Below, in pieces: positions 37,439 to 47,252 of a stretch of 64,000 nucleotides of DNA. The notes under the pieces were generated by a model. It was not told the DNA's origin. It saw nothing but the letters and a program-made list of their open reading frames with translations, and ran no database searches. This DNA comes from Parachlamydiales bacterium. Lineage in GTDB: Bacteria > Chlamydiota > Chlamydiia > Chlamydiales > JAFEGQ01. The first letter of the stretch is position 1, and every line of letters starts with the position of its first letter. The DNA lies in NCBI GenBank assembly GCA_050250135.1, contig JBFWPF010000006.1:8971-72970 (forward strand). Reading direction: 5' to 3'. Made by a program: the position numbers and the translations under genes.

Positions 37439-40116
37439 CCTCCGAAAACCTCAACCACCTCATCCCGCCACCTCCCAATCGCTGCCAGCTGCTCAGGCTG
37501 CGTCGGCCAAAGCCACGCCGCCCGCTCCGATACCTCTCCTATTTTCCCCTGCACAAGAGCCGCCATCAGATCGGCATGAAGGGGGGCCGGCTCGCTGAGG
37601 CACCGGAGGTGGTACCTCAGGTAACGCTTCAGATGCTCCATCGGCTCTGCGGGGGCTCTCACCCTCTTCCCCTCCTGAACAGAATGGAGCTGCGGCGCAT
37701 AAGGAAGACGATCCCGCTCCACCAGCGCCGCTAGCAGGAGCAGGTGGGGATAGGCACGAATCACCCCCCCCTTCGAGAAGAGGACTAACCCCTCATGACT
37801 AACAGGTCCCAGCTCTCCCACAATCCTCACCCTCAGATCGGCTTCAAGCTCCACCTCAAACCCCTCCACTGGGAGCATCGTGAGCTCACCGCTGATCCGC
37901 CCCTTTAACCCCTCTGCCCGCCTCTCCACCTCTGCTGCTACCGCCTTACCGAACGGGCCCGCTGCCGTTAGCCCCCCTTCAACTCCGGGATGGCCTGCCC
38001 TTGCCCAGCTTGCCAGCGTCGCCTCGAGGCTATCGGGATGGAAGGGCTCCTCATCCTCCAGCACCCCCTCCCGCCGATCGGGATCGATCCCCATCACCTG
38101 CCGAAAATAGAGGCGCAAAGGGTCTGTAGCCGAAAGGCGCAAATCCCGAACATCAAGGGTGATGATCCCTGGAGCCACCTCACGCTTTACCTCTCGCTTT
38201 TCTATCTGAACCCCCTTTGGAACGGGCGCCTCATAGGGCTCTACCCCTACCCCTCCGTAGTGGAGCAGATCGATCAGAAGCGGCGAGGGGCTTTGGGGCT
38301 GCCCATCCTCCCGATTGACGCTACAGTAGGAAAAGGCGATCGCCTCCCGCGTCGAAAAAATTGCCTCCAAAAAGAGGGCCCGGTCAAGGGCGCCCGGTGT
38401 TGGAATCGGATCCCGGTAGGACTCAAAGTCGAAGGGAGAGGGCTCGCCCCGCCGCGGAAAGGCCCCCTCATCCATCCCCAGCAAAAAGAGGGCCCCACAT
38501 GGCCAGGTCCGCATCGGTAGTAGAGATCCACACCGGACCCCATCGAGTCGATTCGGATGGCGATTGGAGCGAACCCCACCCCACCGCTCCTCCAGATAGG
38601 GGCGGATCGCCTCAAAGGGATAGAACCGATCAGGAGTCAAAGCCGTGGCTAGCGTGATCCCTGGCCCCCTCCCAAAGCAGGCCTCCGCTGTTTGCGCTAG
38701 GTAACGCTCCCAATCAGCTAGCTTTCTGGGCTCAAAAAACCCTAACACACTAGATTCCAATAACTTATAAGAAATTATAAACTTGCCCAACCCCTCCGCC
38801 TCAGTCAGGGGGAGAGCCTCCTCCGATGCAAAGGTGAGGGCCCGGAAGAGGCGATCAAAGCCCCCCTCCCAGCTCGCCACCCCATTATGCCCCTCCAGCA
38901 CCTCATTGCAGTGCTCCCGATTCCGTCCCCAGCGGATCCCTGCCAGCCGGATCAGACCGATCTCCTCCCCGCTGAGCCCCTGCTTTTCGGCAAACAACGG
39001 GTGGGTGAGGAGGGCCGCCACCCGACTCGCCTCCCACCGGCTATCCAGCAGAGAGAGTAACCCTAGTAATCCTGCCTCTACACTCTCCGGCGGCGGCCTC
39101 CCTATGTCCGAAATCGTATAGGGGATCCCCTCCCGCTCAAAAATCGCCTCCAAATAGGGGACGTAAGGGGTGATATCGGGCGCCATCACCCTCATCTCCG
39201 ACGGCTTCATCCCCTGGCGGCAGCGGGCGATAATCCCCTCAGCCGCGCACTCCACCTCCTCCCGCCTCGTCTTTGCCGCATAACAGACAAGCCCCCCCTC
39301 ACCCTGCGGGGGACCGTTTCGCATCAGCAGAAGATCGCTCTGCACCGAGGCTAGCCGATTCCAAGGGCGCTCCACCGCCGTCCACTCCCCGCCTAGACTC
39401 TCCCCGTATTCTGGCCGCTCCACCGCCCCCTTCGCTACCGGGTAGTACTCCTCCACCTCAAGCTCTGCCTCCTCTACCCCCTTCAAGAGCCGCCTGTGGA
39501 GGGTGCCCCAGCTAGCCAGTAGCGGGTGGATCTGCTCCAAATCGGTCCAGAACTGGGCACAAGGGGAGAACAGGTAAAAGGTCGAACCGCTTCGCATCAG
39601 ATGGTGGAAGTAGAGGGGGGGCAGGTGGTTGAAGCCGAAAACATGGAGCGGACCTTGCACCGACAAGTGGATCCCCGGATGGACCTTCGCCGCTATCTCC
39701 TCCAGCGCCCCCTCCCCTCCATAGATCGGCCATTGCGATAGGGGCCCTGCTAGCGCATAGGCGGTCGGATAGAGCCGCTCCGGATGCCCCTCCAAATAAC
39801 TGGCTAGCCATCCCCCCTTCAACATTTCGGCTCCCCGCATCGCCAGCTCAAAGCGGGAGGGGAGGATCCCCTCATGGATCGCCTCCTCCAGAAACAGAAA
39901 GCGGACACCCATCACCACCCCAAAGCGGCGGGCCAGATGGCGGATCAGCTGCTCCTTCACCGCCCCATTGGGGACGACCACGCTGGGCAGATCACATGGC
40001 TCCCGCTGCGCAAAGAGATGCTCCCCCAGCCGATCGGCAAGCCACTCCAGATCTGAGCTCTGATAGGCCTTCATGCCCTCTCCCTTAAACAGACTACCCG
40101 TTATAGTACCCTTCAT
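37426..40116 (-). CDS. recC: Exodeoxyribonuclease V gamma subunit
   Basis: An 896-aa ORF at the head of the recC-recB-recD series, with overlapping stops and starts. The N-terminus (YQSSDLEWLADRLGEHLF) is RecC-like. An alternative start at the ATG at 40074 is preceded by a GGGAGAGGG ribosome-binding site. Confidence 0.75.
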   Translation of the reverse strand: MKGTITGSLFKGEGMKAYQSSDLEWLADRLGEHLFAQREPCDLPSVVVPNGAVKEQLIRHLARRFGVVMGVRFLFLEEAIHEGILPSRFELAMRGAEMLKGGWLASYLEGHPERLYPTAYALAGPLSQWPIYGGEGALEEIAAKVHPGIHLSVQGPLHVFGFNHLPPLYFHHLMRSGSTFYLFSPCAQFWTDLEQIHPLLASWGTLHRRLLKGVEEAELEVEEYYPVAKGAVERPEYGESLGGEWTAVERPWNRLASVQSDLLLMRNGPPQGEGGLVCYAAKTRREEVECAAEGIIARCRQGMKPSEMRVMAPDITPYVPYLEAIFEREGIPYTISDIGRPPPESVEAGLLGLLSLLDSRWEASRVAALLTHPLFAEKQGLSGEEIGLIRLAGIRWGRNREHCNEVLEGHNGVASWEGGFDRLFRALTFASEEALPLTEAEGLGKFIISYKLLESSVLGFFEPRKLADWERYLAQTAEACFGRGPGITLATALTPDRFYPFEAIRPYLEERWGGVRSNRHPNRLDGVRCGSLLPMRTWPCGALFLLGMDEGAFPRRGEPSPFDFESYRDPIPTPGALDRALFLEAIFSTREAIAFSYCSVNREDGQPQSPSPLLIDLLHYGGVGVEPYEAPVPKGVQIEKREVKREVAPGIITLDVRDLRLSATDPLRLYFRQVMGIDPDRREGVLEDEEPFHPDSLEATLASWARAGHPGVEGGLTAAGPFGKAVAAEVERRAEGLKGRISGELTMLPVEGFEVELEADLRVRIVGELGPVSHEGLVLFSKGGVIRAYPHLLLLAALVERDRLPYAPQLHSVQEGKRVRAPAEPMEHLKRYLRYHLRCLSEPAPLHADLMAALVQGKIGEVSERAAWLWPTQPEQLAAIGRWRDEVVEVFGGCLS

Positions 40117-40133
40117 AACGGGAAAAAGGTCTA

Positions 40134-41801
40134 GTGCGCCGGTCGATATTCTCCTCCTTTGCCTTTCTGAACGCGACCCAGTTTCTGGGAGCGCTGAACG
40201 ACAATATCTTCCGTCTCACCACCGTCTTTCTCGGAATCGGTCTTTTAGGTGAAGGGAAGACCAACTTGATCGTTCTGATCGCCGGCGCCTTCTTTGTCGC
40301 CCCCTTTATCCTCTTCTCCCTCCCCTCAGGAACCTTGGCCGACCGGATCAGCAAACGGACGATACTCGTTGCCATGAAGGGGGCCGAGGTGATTATCATG
40401 GCCCTGGGGATGGCCTCCTTCTATTACCAGACTCTCTGGGGCGCCTACGCCGTCCTTTTCCTCATGGCCGCCCAGAGCGCCGTTTTTGGCCCCGCCAAAT
40501 ATGGGATCGTTCCTGAACTCGTCAGCCGTGAAAAGATCGCGATTGCCAACGGTATACTCACAGGCGCCACCGTCATCGCCACCATTCTCGGCGTCCTCCT
40601 TGCCTCCCTCCTCACCGATCTCACCCACCGGAACCTCGTTCTCGTCGGCGCCTTCTGCACAGCCGTTGCCCTCCTCGGTCTCTTCACCAGCCTCGCCATC
40701 GAAAAGACACCGCCCGCCGGCTCAACGAGCAAAATCAACGCCCACCTCTTCTCCCAGATCCTCCGTGTGATGAAACGGGCCCGCGGCGAGAACTACCTCT
40801 TCACCTCGATCCTCGGGAGCGCCTACTTCTACCTCATCGGCTCCTTTGTCCAGCTCAACAGCCTCCCCTTCACCATCGAAAACCTCGGCCTCACCGACGT
40901 CCAGAGCGGCTACCTCTTTTCAGTCGCCGCCCTTGGCATCGCCGTCGGCGCCTTCCTCGCCGGTAAACTCTCCGGCCGCTACGTCGAGCTCGGCCTCTCC
41001 CCTATCACCGGCCTCATCCTGGGCCTCTTTTTCTGCTTCACTGAGCTTGGCGCCGGCAGCATCATCGCCGCCATCCTCCTTCTCGCCTTCCTCGGCGGCC
41101 TAGGCGGGATGTTCCTGGTCCCATTCGATGCCTACACCCAATCGGCTAGCCTCGACCACGAGCGGGGAGAAAACGTCTCGGCTGCCAACTTCCTCGCCTT
41201 TATCGGCGTCCTCCTCTCGGTTGGCCTCTTCTACCTCTCTTCGACCCTCTTCCACCTCTCCTCTATCGGCTCCTTCCGCGTCATGGGGATCGTCACCATC
41301 GCCATCTCCCTCTCCCTCTCCCTCCGCCTTACCGACACCTTTGTTCGCCTTGCCGCTCGCCTCCTCCATTTCCGCCCTGCCCACCGCCAAATTCAGGGGG
41401 CCGACAAGATCAGCCACCACCACCCCACCCTCTTCCTTTGCTCCACCCCTACTCCCGAAGCTGGCCTCCTCTTTATGATTATCCTTCAGCAGCGCTACAT
41501 GCGCCTAGTCATTGAGGAGCCCGAGAAGCCCTCCCCTCTTTTCCGTTTTGTCTGCCGCCTAGCCAAGGTCGGCTTCTACCAAGGGGCGATCACCCCCGGC
41601 GGCCCAGTCGGCCCAAAGGCGGCTCTCTGGCTGAAGCGGGGCTATTCGGTTGCTCTCCTCCCCCGCAAACCCGAATCGATCAGCCTAGCGTCTCTAGCGC
41701 AAACCCTTGCTAAGGAGCGCCACGTCGACCTTCTCCACATCCGTCTCACCGCCAAAGGGCCGGGCCGATGGGCCCCCCCTATGCGGGCCGTGATTAGCTG
41801 A
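40134..41801 (+). CDS. MFS transporter, lysophospholipid transporter (LplT)-like, with a C-terminal acyltransferase-like extension
   Basis: 555 aa with a GTG start. The N-terminus FLNATQFLGALNDNIFRL is typical of LplT, and there are about 12 TM segments. The last ~150 aa are soluble and resemble a PlsC-type fold, but I cannot find the HX4D motif. Confidence 0.7.
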   Translation: MRRSIFSSFAFLNATQFLGALNDNIFRLTTVFLGIGLLGEGKTNLIVLIAGAFFVAPFILFSLPSGTLADRISKRTILVAMKGAEVIIMALGMASFYYQTLWGAYAVLFLMAAQSAVFGPAKYGIVPELVSREKIAIANGILTGATVIATILGVLLASLLTDLTHRNLVLVGAFCTAVALLGLFTSLAIEKTPPAGSTSKINAHLFSQILRVMKRARGENYLFTSILGSAYFYLIGSFVQLNSLPFTIENLGLTDVQSGYLFSVAALGIAVGAFLAGKLSGRYVELGLSPITGLILGLFFCFTELGAGSIIAAILLLAFLGGLGGMFLVPFDAYTQSASLDHERGENVSAANFLAFIGVLLSVGLFYLSSTLFHLSSIGSFRVMGIVTIAISLSLSLRLTDTFVRLAARLLHFRPAHRQIQGADKISHHHPTLFLCSTPTPEAGLLFMIILQQRYMRLVIEEPEKPSPLFRFVCRLAKVGFYQGAITPGGPVGPKAALWLKRGYSVALLPRKPESISLASLAQTLAKERHVDLLHIRLTAKGPGRWAPPMRAVIS

Positions 41802-41802
41802 T

Positions 41803-41961
41803 ACCCCTGATTGCGACCTATCGTCTTGAGGGGGCGGCAGGGGGTGGCAAGATGGTGTACATCGTGACGAGGCAGGGTTTATCAACCCGGGTGAGGAGGG
41901 ATGTCCTCCAGATGGCCACCCTCTGTCGATGCCCTCAGGACGATAGGTCGCAATCAGGGGT
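41803..41961 (+). repeat. 159-bp long-hairpin (MITE-like) element, copy B
   Basis: Arms are ACCCCTGATTGCGACCTATCGTCTTGAGGG ... CCCTCAGGACGATAGGTCGCAATCAGGGGT (29 Watson-Crick pairs plus 1 G.U out of 30). It starts 2 nt after the TGA of the upstream gene and ends 20 nt before the stop of the convergent porin gene. Confidence 0.9.
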
Positions 41962-41981
41962 ATTAACCGCCCCCTTACACC

Positions 41982-42962
41982 TTAGAAACTCAAGATCAAC
42001 TTTCCTTCGATAGCTGAGCTCGAGTGGTCTCCCTTGAAGTGATGGGAGAGCCGCTCCGAATGCTGCAGCTTAAGCTTAGCCGAGAAGTTGTCGGTAAACG
42101 CATAGCCGACCTCGGAGAGCGGGCCCCAGAAGTTGGTGCCGGTCGCATCATCCTTGTAGAGAGCATTGGCCTCGACAGCCCGTAGCTCAACCTTCGCCGA
42201 CCAGTTCCCCTGCTTCTGCACATTGCCAACCTGGACGCCGATGTAGCCGGCCGACCGGTGGCTGCTCGCCGCGGGGTTGATCAGGTAGGCGGCATAGGTT
42301 CGCCCCTTAGGGACGAGCCAAAAGCCGGGAAAGCGGTAGCCCGCTAGGAGCTGAATGGGCTGCTTGTGGGAATCCCAGTAGGTCATCGAGACCCGGGTGT
42401 AGGCGCCGGTCCCCCAGATTCCGTCGAGTCCGGTCATGGCAATGCCGCCGAACCGCTGATGGTCAAGGTCGACCACCATCGGCCCCCCTTGCGCCACAAA
42501 GGTCCCATAGCGACCAACAGGGCGGGAGTACTCGGAGTAGAACCCATCAAAATCGTGGTTAAATTGGACGGCCGATTCGAAGTGGTCGCAGAGAGGCTGC
42601 CTACCAAGCTCCCCATACCAACGGGTCGCCCCATTCTCATAAAAATCTTTACCAACCAGTGCTTGCTCGAGGGTAATCGCCTCGGAGGCCTTCACGGTCC
42701 CAATTTTGTTGGCCACTTTAACCTTGGCGCTGGCCCAGTTCCCCTGGTCCTTCACATAGGCATTAAAGGTCGCCTCAAAATTGGCCTTGTCCTCGTTTTG
42801 CCAGGCCAGGCGGGACGGGTTGCCCGCGTCTGCCTTCTCTTCCCCCCTCTTGGTGAGGTGTTTTCCCGCAATCTTGACATCCCCGTTAAAGGTAAATTGT
42901 TCGGGTGCAGCATAAGCGGCCGTTGCGAAAAGCAGAGCGGCGAGAAGGGCAAAGTTCTTCAT
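41982..42962 (-). CDS. Putative outer-membrane porin / beta-barrel protein
   Basis: 326 aa with a signal peptide (MKNFALLAALLFATAAYA). It has amphipathic beta-strand periodicity and a C-terminal ...GKLILSF with a terminal Phe. Confidence 0.6.
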   Translation of the reverse strand: MKNFALLAALLFATAAYAAPEQFTFNGDVKIAGKHLTKRGEEKADAGNPSRLAWQNEDKANFEATFNAYVKDQGNWASAKVKVANKIGTVKASEAITLEQALVGKDFYENGATRWYGELGRQPLCDHFESAVQFNHDFDGFYSEYSRPVGRYGTFVAQGGPMVVDLDHQRFGGIAMTGLDGIWGTGAYTRVSMTYWDSHKQPIQLLAGYRFPGFWLVPKGRTYAAYLINPAASSHRSAGYIGVQVGNVQKQGNWSAKVELRAVEANALYKDDATGTNFWGPLSEVGYAFTDNFSAKLKLQHSERLSHHFKGDHSSSAIEGKLILSF

Positions 42963-42993
42963 TCGAAATCCCGTGCGTTAATGGGCAGGCCCA

Positions 42994-45234
42994 TTATTTG
43001 CGCAAAGGGAAGTTTATGTCCACAAATAACCCCCAGGGATGGGGGGATGTTCCATTCAGAGCGGAGGCCCATTCGGCCATCGGCCAAGGACTTAGCCCCA
43101 AATAGTCGGTCCGCCATAAATCGAGTTTGAGGGTGCCTGGGTTGACTGCAAAGCCAAAGAGCTGCCCCTCCCAGTTGGAGTCGGCAAAGAGGAGGGGGAG
43201 GGGGAGCGCATACCCCCTGTGAGCGAGGGCCGAGCGGATCTGCCAGGGGAGATCCTCGGCGCTGTAGGCCCCGCCCCCCTCAATAATGGCGCATGAAAGA
43301 CAAATATTGTAAAGCTGATCGGCTGCGAGGAGGGGGGAGCCGCGAGTCGGATCAAAGGTATCGAGCCCTTTGGGCCGGAAGCCGAAGAGGGCGGTCAACT
43401 TTTCGGGAAGATCCCCTGTAAAGCTAAAGGGAAGGGTCGTGTAGAGGAGGTGGTCGATCAGGGGTGTGGGGATCGACTTGGCCCACCGCTCCCTCAGTTC
43501 GGCTGGCCGGACCCTCCCCGCCACCCGAGCCTGCTTCCGGAAGGGAGGGGGCAGACGAGCGATGAGGGCCTCAATCATCGGTGGCTCAAGCCAAAGGGGG
43601 GCGAGCAGCTCTTCGGCGGGCCGGATGATCCGCTCCCGGATCCAGGTCGAGGTGTTCCCCTGATCGAGCCACCCCTCTCGGAAAGGGGAGAGGCCTGGCT
43701 TGAAGAGGAAGGCGTGGGTGGGCGACTGCATCAGCATCGAGGCCATCGGGTTGTGGATAAAGGGGTCGCTCTTCGCGGGGGGGAGCTCTTTCATAGTGTC
43801 GAGGAGGAACACCAGAAGATCGTGGGGGCTCTCCACCCGTCGCTGCCGCATCTTGGGGACCTCCTCCAAGCCCAGGTAGCCCGCCACAAGCTCTCCCATT
43901 GTCCCGCCCGATAGGTAGAGCCAGGGCTTGCGCTCTACCCGATCCAAGTGGGCAAGTGGCTCCTTAGGCAGAGGGGTCTGGTAGGCCTTGGCCAGCCTCA
44001 CAAGCGCCGACTCGAGGAAGGGCTCGCTCCTGATGTGGCGGACGATCACCCCGACGAGCTCTCCGATCAGCTCCCCAAACTCCTCCCGGAGCTGGGGCTC
44101 GGTCGCAATAAAAAAATCGACGAGGGAGGTGATATAGGAGTCAGGGCCATCGATCCAAGTCCAAGCGGAAGGGGCCTCCCGCCCCTGCTTGTAGACTAGC
44201 CTAAAGCCGGCCCGCGCATCGTCGTACTGACAGGCCCCCTCGTCGCGGATCGTCGGGTCGTAAATCTCCTGAAAGTAGCGAGGAAAGAGGGCGCTGTAGG
44301 CCTCCACCAAGCGAGGGGGCATTGCCGCAATCGCCTCTCCCTCCTCGTGGAGCTCCTCTCTCAAGGCAACCAGTTGATCGATCTCCCCTACCCGGCGGCG
44401 CAGCTCAAGCTGAAGCCACTTCGCATCGGCCTCAGGGGCCCGCGCGAGCCGTGCCTCCAGGTACTTCCCGTGGGAAAAGGCGGTCTCATACTTGACCTGC
44501 AGCTCCTCTAGCTCCTTCTTGATCCCTTCGAGCTTCTCCTCGAGGAAGCGGTGGATCTCCCGCCCAACTCCTCCCTCCTCTTCGGAACCAAAGCCGAGGA
44601 TGATGGAGAGGTTCCCTTTCGAAAAGGCCCCTTCGGCTTCGACAAAGGAGGCCAGCGTGTACTCCCAGCCCCGAAGGAGGGGACAACCACCGGCATCCCC
44701 TGCCGGCGAGAGGGGGACCGAGTAATTGCCCCGGGTAAGGCGCCCCCGCTCGATGAGCTCCTTGAGGTCGGCGAGCAACTGCTCGGGAGCCTCCGACTGG
44801 ATCAGGATCGCAGGGGCCGTGGCAAAGCAGGAGCCGATCTTTTGCCGTAGCGGCGTTAACAAAGCCGCCAGCACTGCCCTGCGCGTCTCCTCCGCTCCGA
44901 CCGGCCGCCCCTCAGGGAGCCCCAAGGTCTCCCGAATCTGCTGCTCCATCAACGGGTTGCGATGGGGCGCTGACAGGCGAGAGAGCCCCCTGAGGAGCTC
45001 CCGATTGCTGAGTATGGCGAGGGCATGGACCCGCCCTTGCGCCTCCAGGTGGCCACCCGGCCCAAGGGAGTGGAGCCCCGCCTTAAGCAAACGGATCGTC
45101 TCCTCCCCTGGCGGCAGCTGCCCCAGCTCGCCCCCAAACACCAGAGCCGCTAATGGCCCATGGGCCACGAGCTCCCGCCGCTTCTCTTCAAAGAGGGCAG
45201 GTAAAAAAGCAGGATCGGTTAGGTTTAGGCTCAT
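42994..45234 (-). CDS. Large conserved-hypothetical protein
   Basis: The track ORF extends to 45348. I prefer the ATG at 45234 (MSLNLTDPAF..., 746 aa), because the longer form would overlap the divergent thrS start. No domain was recognised with confidence. Confidence 0.6.
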   Translation of the reverse strand: MSLNLTDPAFLPALFEEKRRELVAHGPLAALVFGGELGQLPPGEETIRLLKAGLHSLGPGGHLEAQGRVHALAILSNRELLRGLSRLSAPHRNPLMEQQIRETLGLPEGRPVGAEETRRAVLAALLTPLRQKIGSCFATAPAILIQSEAPEQLLADLKELIERGRLTRGNYSVPLSPAGDAGGCPLLRGWEYTLASFVEAEGAFSKGNLSIILGFGSEEEGGVGREIHRFLEEKLEGIKKELEELQVKYETAFSHGKYLEARLARAPEADAKWLQLELRRRVGEIDQLVALREELHEEGEAIAAMPPRLVEAYSALFPRYFQEIYDPTIRDEGACQYDDARAGFRLVYKQGREAPSAWTWIDGPDSYITSLVDFFIATEPQLREEFGELIGELVGVIVRHIRSEPFLESALVRLAKAYQTPLPKEPLAHLDRVERKPWLYLSGGTMGELVAGYLGLEEVPKMRQRRVESPHDLLVFLLDTMKELPPAKSDPFIHNPMASMLMQSPTHAFLFKPGLSPFREGWLDQGNTSTWIRERIIRPAEELLAPLWLEPPMIEALIARLPPPFRKQARVAGRVRPAELRERWAKSIPTPLIDHLLYTTLPFSFTGDLPEKLTALFGFRPKGLDTFDPTRGSPLLAADQLYNICLSCAIIEGGGAYSAEDLPWQIRSALAHRGYALPLPLLFADSNWEGQLFGFAVNPGTLKLDLWRTDYLGLSPWPMAEWASALNGTSPHPWGLFVDINFPLRK

Positions 45235-45277
45235 CCCCTTCCGTTTTAGCCGAATAATAGCGTAATATCCCATAGGT

Positions 45278-47200
45278 ATGGATATCCGTGTACAGGGACA
45301 TGGGGAACTCTCCCTCCCCGAGGGGGCAACCCCAACCGATGTGGTCAAAAAGCTTGGGCTCCTCGCCCCCGATCAGGCCGTTGCCGTTTCGATTAACGGG
45401 AAGATGCGTGACTTCTTCCACCCCCTTGCTAGTGGGGATGAGCTTGTCTTCTTCTCCTTCCAGGAACCTGAGGGGAAGGAGCTCTTCTGGCACTCGGCGG
45501 CCCACGTCCTAGCGCAAGCGGTCCTCCGCCTCTTCCCCGACGCCAAACCGACCATCGGCCCCCCCATCGCCAACGGCTTCTACTACGACTTTGGGAACTT
45601 GACGCTCGAGGAGAGCGACCTTGCCAAGATCGAGAAAGAGATGAAAAAGGTCGTCAAGGAGAACTACCGCCCCGAGCGCTCCTCCTTTGCAAGCAAAGCT
45701 GAGGCCATCGCCGCCTTCAAAAGCAACCCCTACAAGGTCGAGCTGATCGAGAGCTTCGAAGAGGGGGCAGAGCTCTCTGCCTATAAGCAGGGGGAGTTTT
45801 TCGACCTCTGCCGCGGCCCCCACCTCCCCACCCTCGGCAAGATCAAAGCGCTCAAGATCCTCAAGACCTCGGGCGCCTACTGGCGGGGCGACTCCGAGCG
45901 GGAGATGCTCACCCGGATCTACGCCATCGCCTTTCCCGATAAGGAGCAGCTCGAGGACTACCTCCACAAGCTCGAAGAGGCGAAAAAGCGGGACCACAAG
46001 ATCATCGGCCCCCAGCTCGGCCTCTTCTCCCTTAAGGAGGAGGCTCCCGGCATCCCCTTTATCCACCCCAAAGGGATCTTCGTCTGGAACCAGCTGATCG
46101 ACTACCTCCGCTCCCTTCTCAAAGAGGGGGGCTACTCCGAGATCAAGACCCCCAGCCTGATGACCCGCGATCTCTGGGAGATCTCAGGCCACTGGGAGCA
46201 CTACCGAGAGGGGATGTACACGCTCGAGGTGGAAGAGCGGCAATTTGCTATGAAGCCGATGAACTGCCCCGGCTGCATCCTCTACTACAAAGGGGAGCTC
46301 CATAGCTACCGGGAGTTTCCGCTCCGGATCGCTGAAGTCGGCCATGTCCACCGCTATGAGGCCTCAGGCGCCCTCTCGGGTCTTTTCCGCGTCCGCGCCT
46401 TCCACCAGGACGATGCCCACATCTTCCTCAAGATGGAGCAACTCGAAAAGGAGATTGTCCTGGTTCTCGAGTTTGCCGACCGCCTCTACTCCACCTTTGG
46501 CCTCAGCTACTCCCTTGCCCTCTCAACCCGCCCCGAAAAGGGGACTATCGGCGTTGATGAGGATTGGGACCTTGCGACTCAGTCGCTAAAGGGGGCCCTC
46601 GACACCTTTGGGAAGCCCTACACCGTGAAAGAGGGAGACGGCGCCTTCTACGGCCCGAAAATCGATATCCACCTGAATGATGCCCTCGGTAGAGGGTGGC
46701 AATGCGGCACCGTCCAGGTCGACTTTGCCCTCCCGAAACGGTTCCATGTAGAGTACACCGACAGTGACGGGGCCCGCAAAACGCCCATACTCGTCCACCG
46801 GGCGATCTTCGGCTCGATCGAGCGCTTCTTTGGGAGCCTGATCGAGTTCTACGCCGGCGCCTTCCCCCTTTGGCTTAGCCCTCGGCAGATCCGGATCCTC
46901 ACCGTCGCCGATCGGCACGCCGACTACGCCCACAAACTCGGCGCGAAATTTCGCAAAGCCGGTTTCGAAGTGGAGGTCGACGACTCCGACGAATCGGTCG
47001 GGAAAAAGGTCCGCTCCGCTCAGCTTGACAAGGTCAACTACATCCTGACCACCGGTGATCAGGAGGTCGAAAACAAGACCCTTAGCCTCCGCACTCGCGA
47101 CAACGTCGTCCACGGCGAACTCGCCGTCGACACCTTCCTCAAAGAGCTCACCAAAGAGAGAGACGAACGGGCTCTCGCCTCCCCATTCTCTAAAAAGTAG
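45278..47200 (+). CDS. thrS: Threonyl-tRNA synthetase
   Basis: 640 aa with an N-terminal TGS domain, a second additional domain (HSAAHVLAQAV), a class II core and an anticodon-binding domain. Confidence 0.95.
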   Translation: MDIRVQGHGELSLPEGATPTDVVKKLGLLAPDQAVAVSINGKMRDFFHPLASGDELVFFSFQEPEGKELFWHSAAHVLAQAVLRLFPDAKPTIGPPIANGFYYDFGNLTLEESDLAKIEKEMKKVVKENYRPERSSFASKAEAIAAFKSNPYKVELIESFEEGAELSAYKQGEFFDLCRGPHLPTLGKIKALKILKTSGAYWRGDSEREMLTRIYAIAFPDKEQLEDYLHKLEEAKKRDHKIIGPQLGLFSLKEEAPGIPFIHPKGIFVWNQLIDYLRSLLKEGGYSEIKTPSLMTRDLWEISGHWEHYREGMYTLEVEERQFAMKPMNCPGCILYYKGELHSYREFPLRIAEVGHVHRYEASGALSGLFRVRAFHQDDAHIFLKMEQLEKEIVLVLEFADRLYSTFGLSYSLALSTRPEKGTIGVDEDWDLATQSLKGALDTFGKPYTVKEGDGAFYGPKIDIHLNDALGRGWQCGTVQVDFALPKRFHVEYTDSDGARKTPILVHRAIFGSIERFFGSLIEFYAGAFPLWLSPRQIRILTVADRHADYAHKLGAKFRKAGFEVEVDDSDESVGKKVRSAQLDKVNYILTTGDQEVENKTLSLRTRDNVVHGELAVDTFLKELTKERDERALASPFSKK

Positions 47201-47252
47201 CCCTTCCCTACAATGTCAAGCCGCTTTACATTGATGCAAAAAGGGGGAGACG

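Noticed and set aside
23199-40116. I considered whether DinG, the CoiA-like nuclease and RecBCD form a defence island.
   Set aside because: All look like single-copy housekeeping repair or recombination genes with backbone composition. They are interleaved with rpoD, proS and rpsT, and there are no known defence-system partner genes.
41795-41970. I looked for target-site duplications flanking the 159-bp elements.
   Set aside because: Copy B could be read as TA...TA if the terminal A/T are excluded from the element. Copies A and C do not show matching flanks, so no consistent duplication can be claimed.
42366-43130. A 254-aa plus-strand ORF opposite the porin gene.
   Set aside because: It is antisense. 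The minus-strand product has a signal peptide and a C-terminal Phe barrel signature.
45509-47113. Minus-strand ORFs 45509-46066 and 46586-47113 inside thrS.
   Set aside because: They are antisense to a full-length ThrRS and have no independent support.
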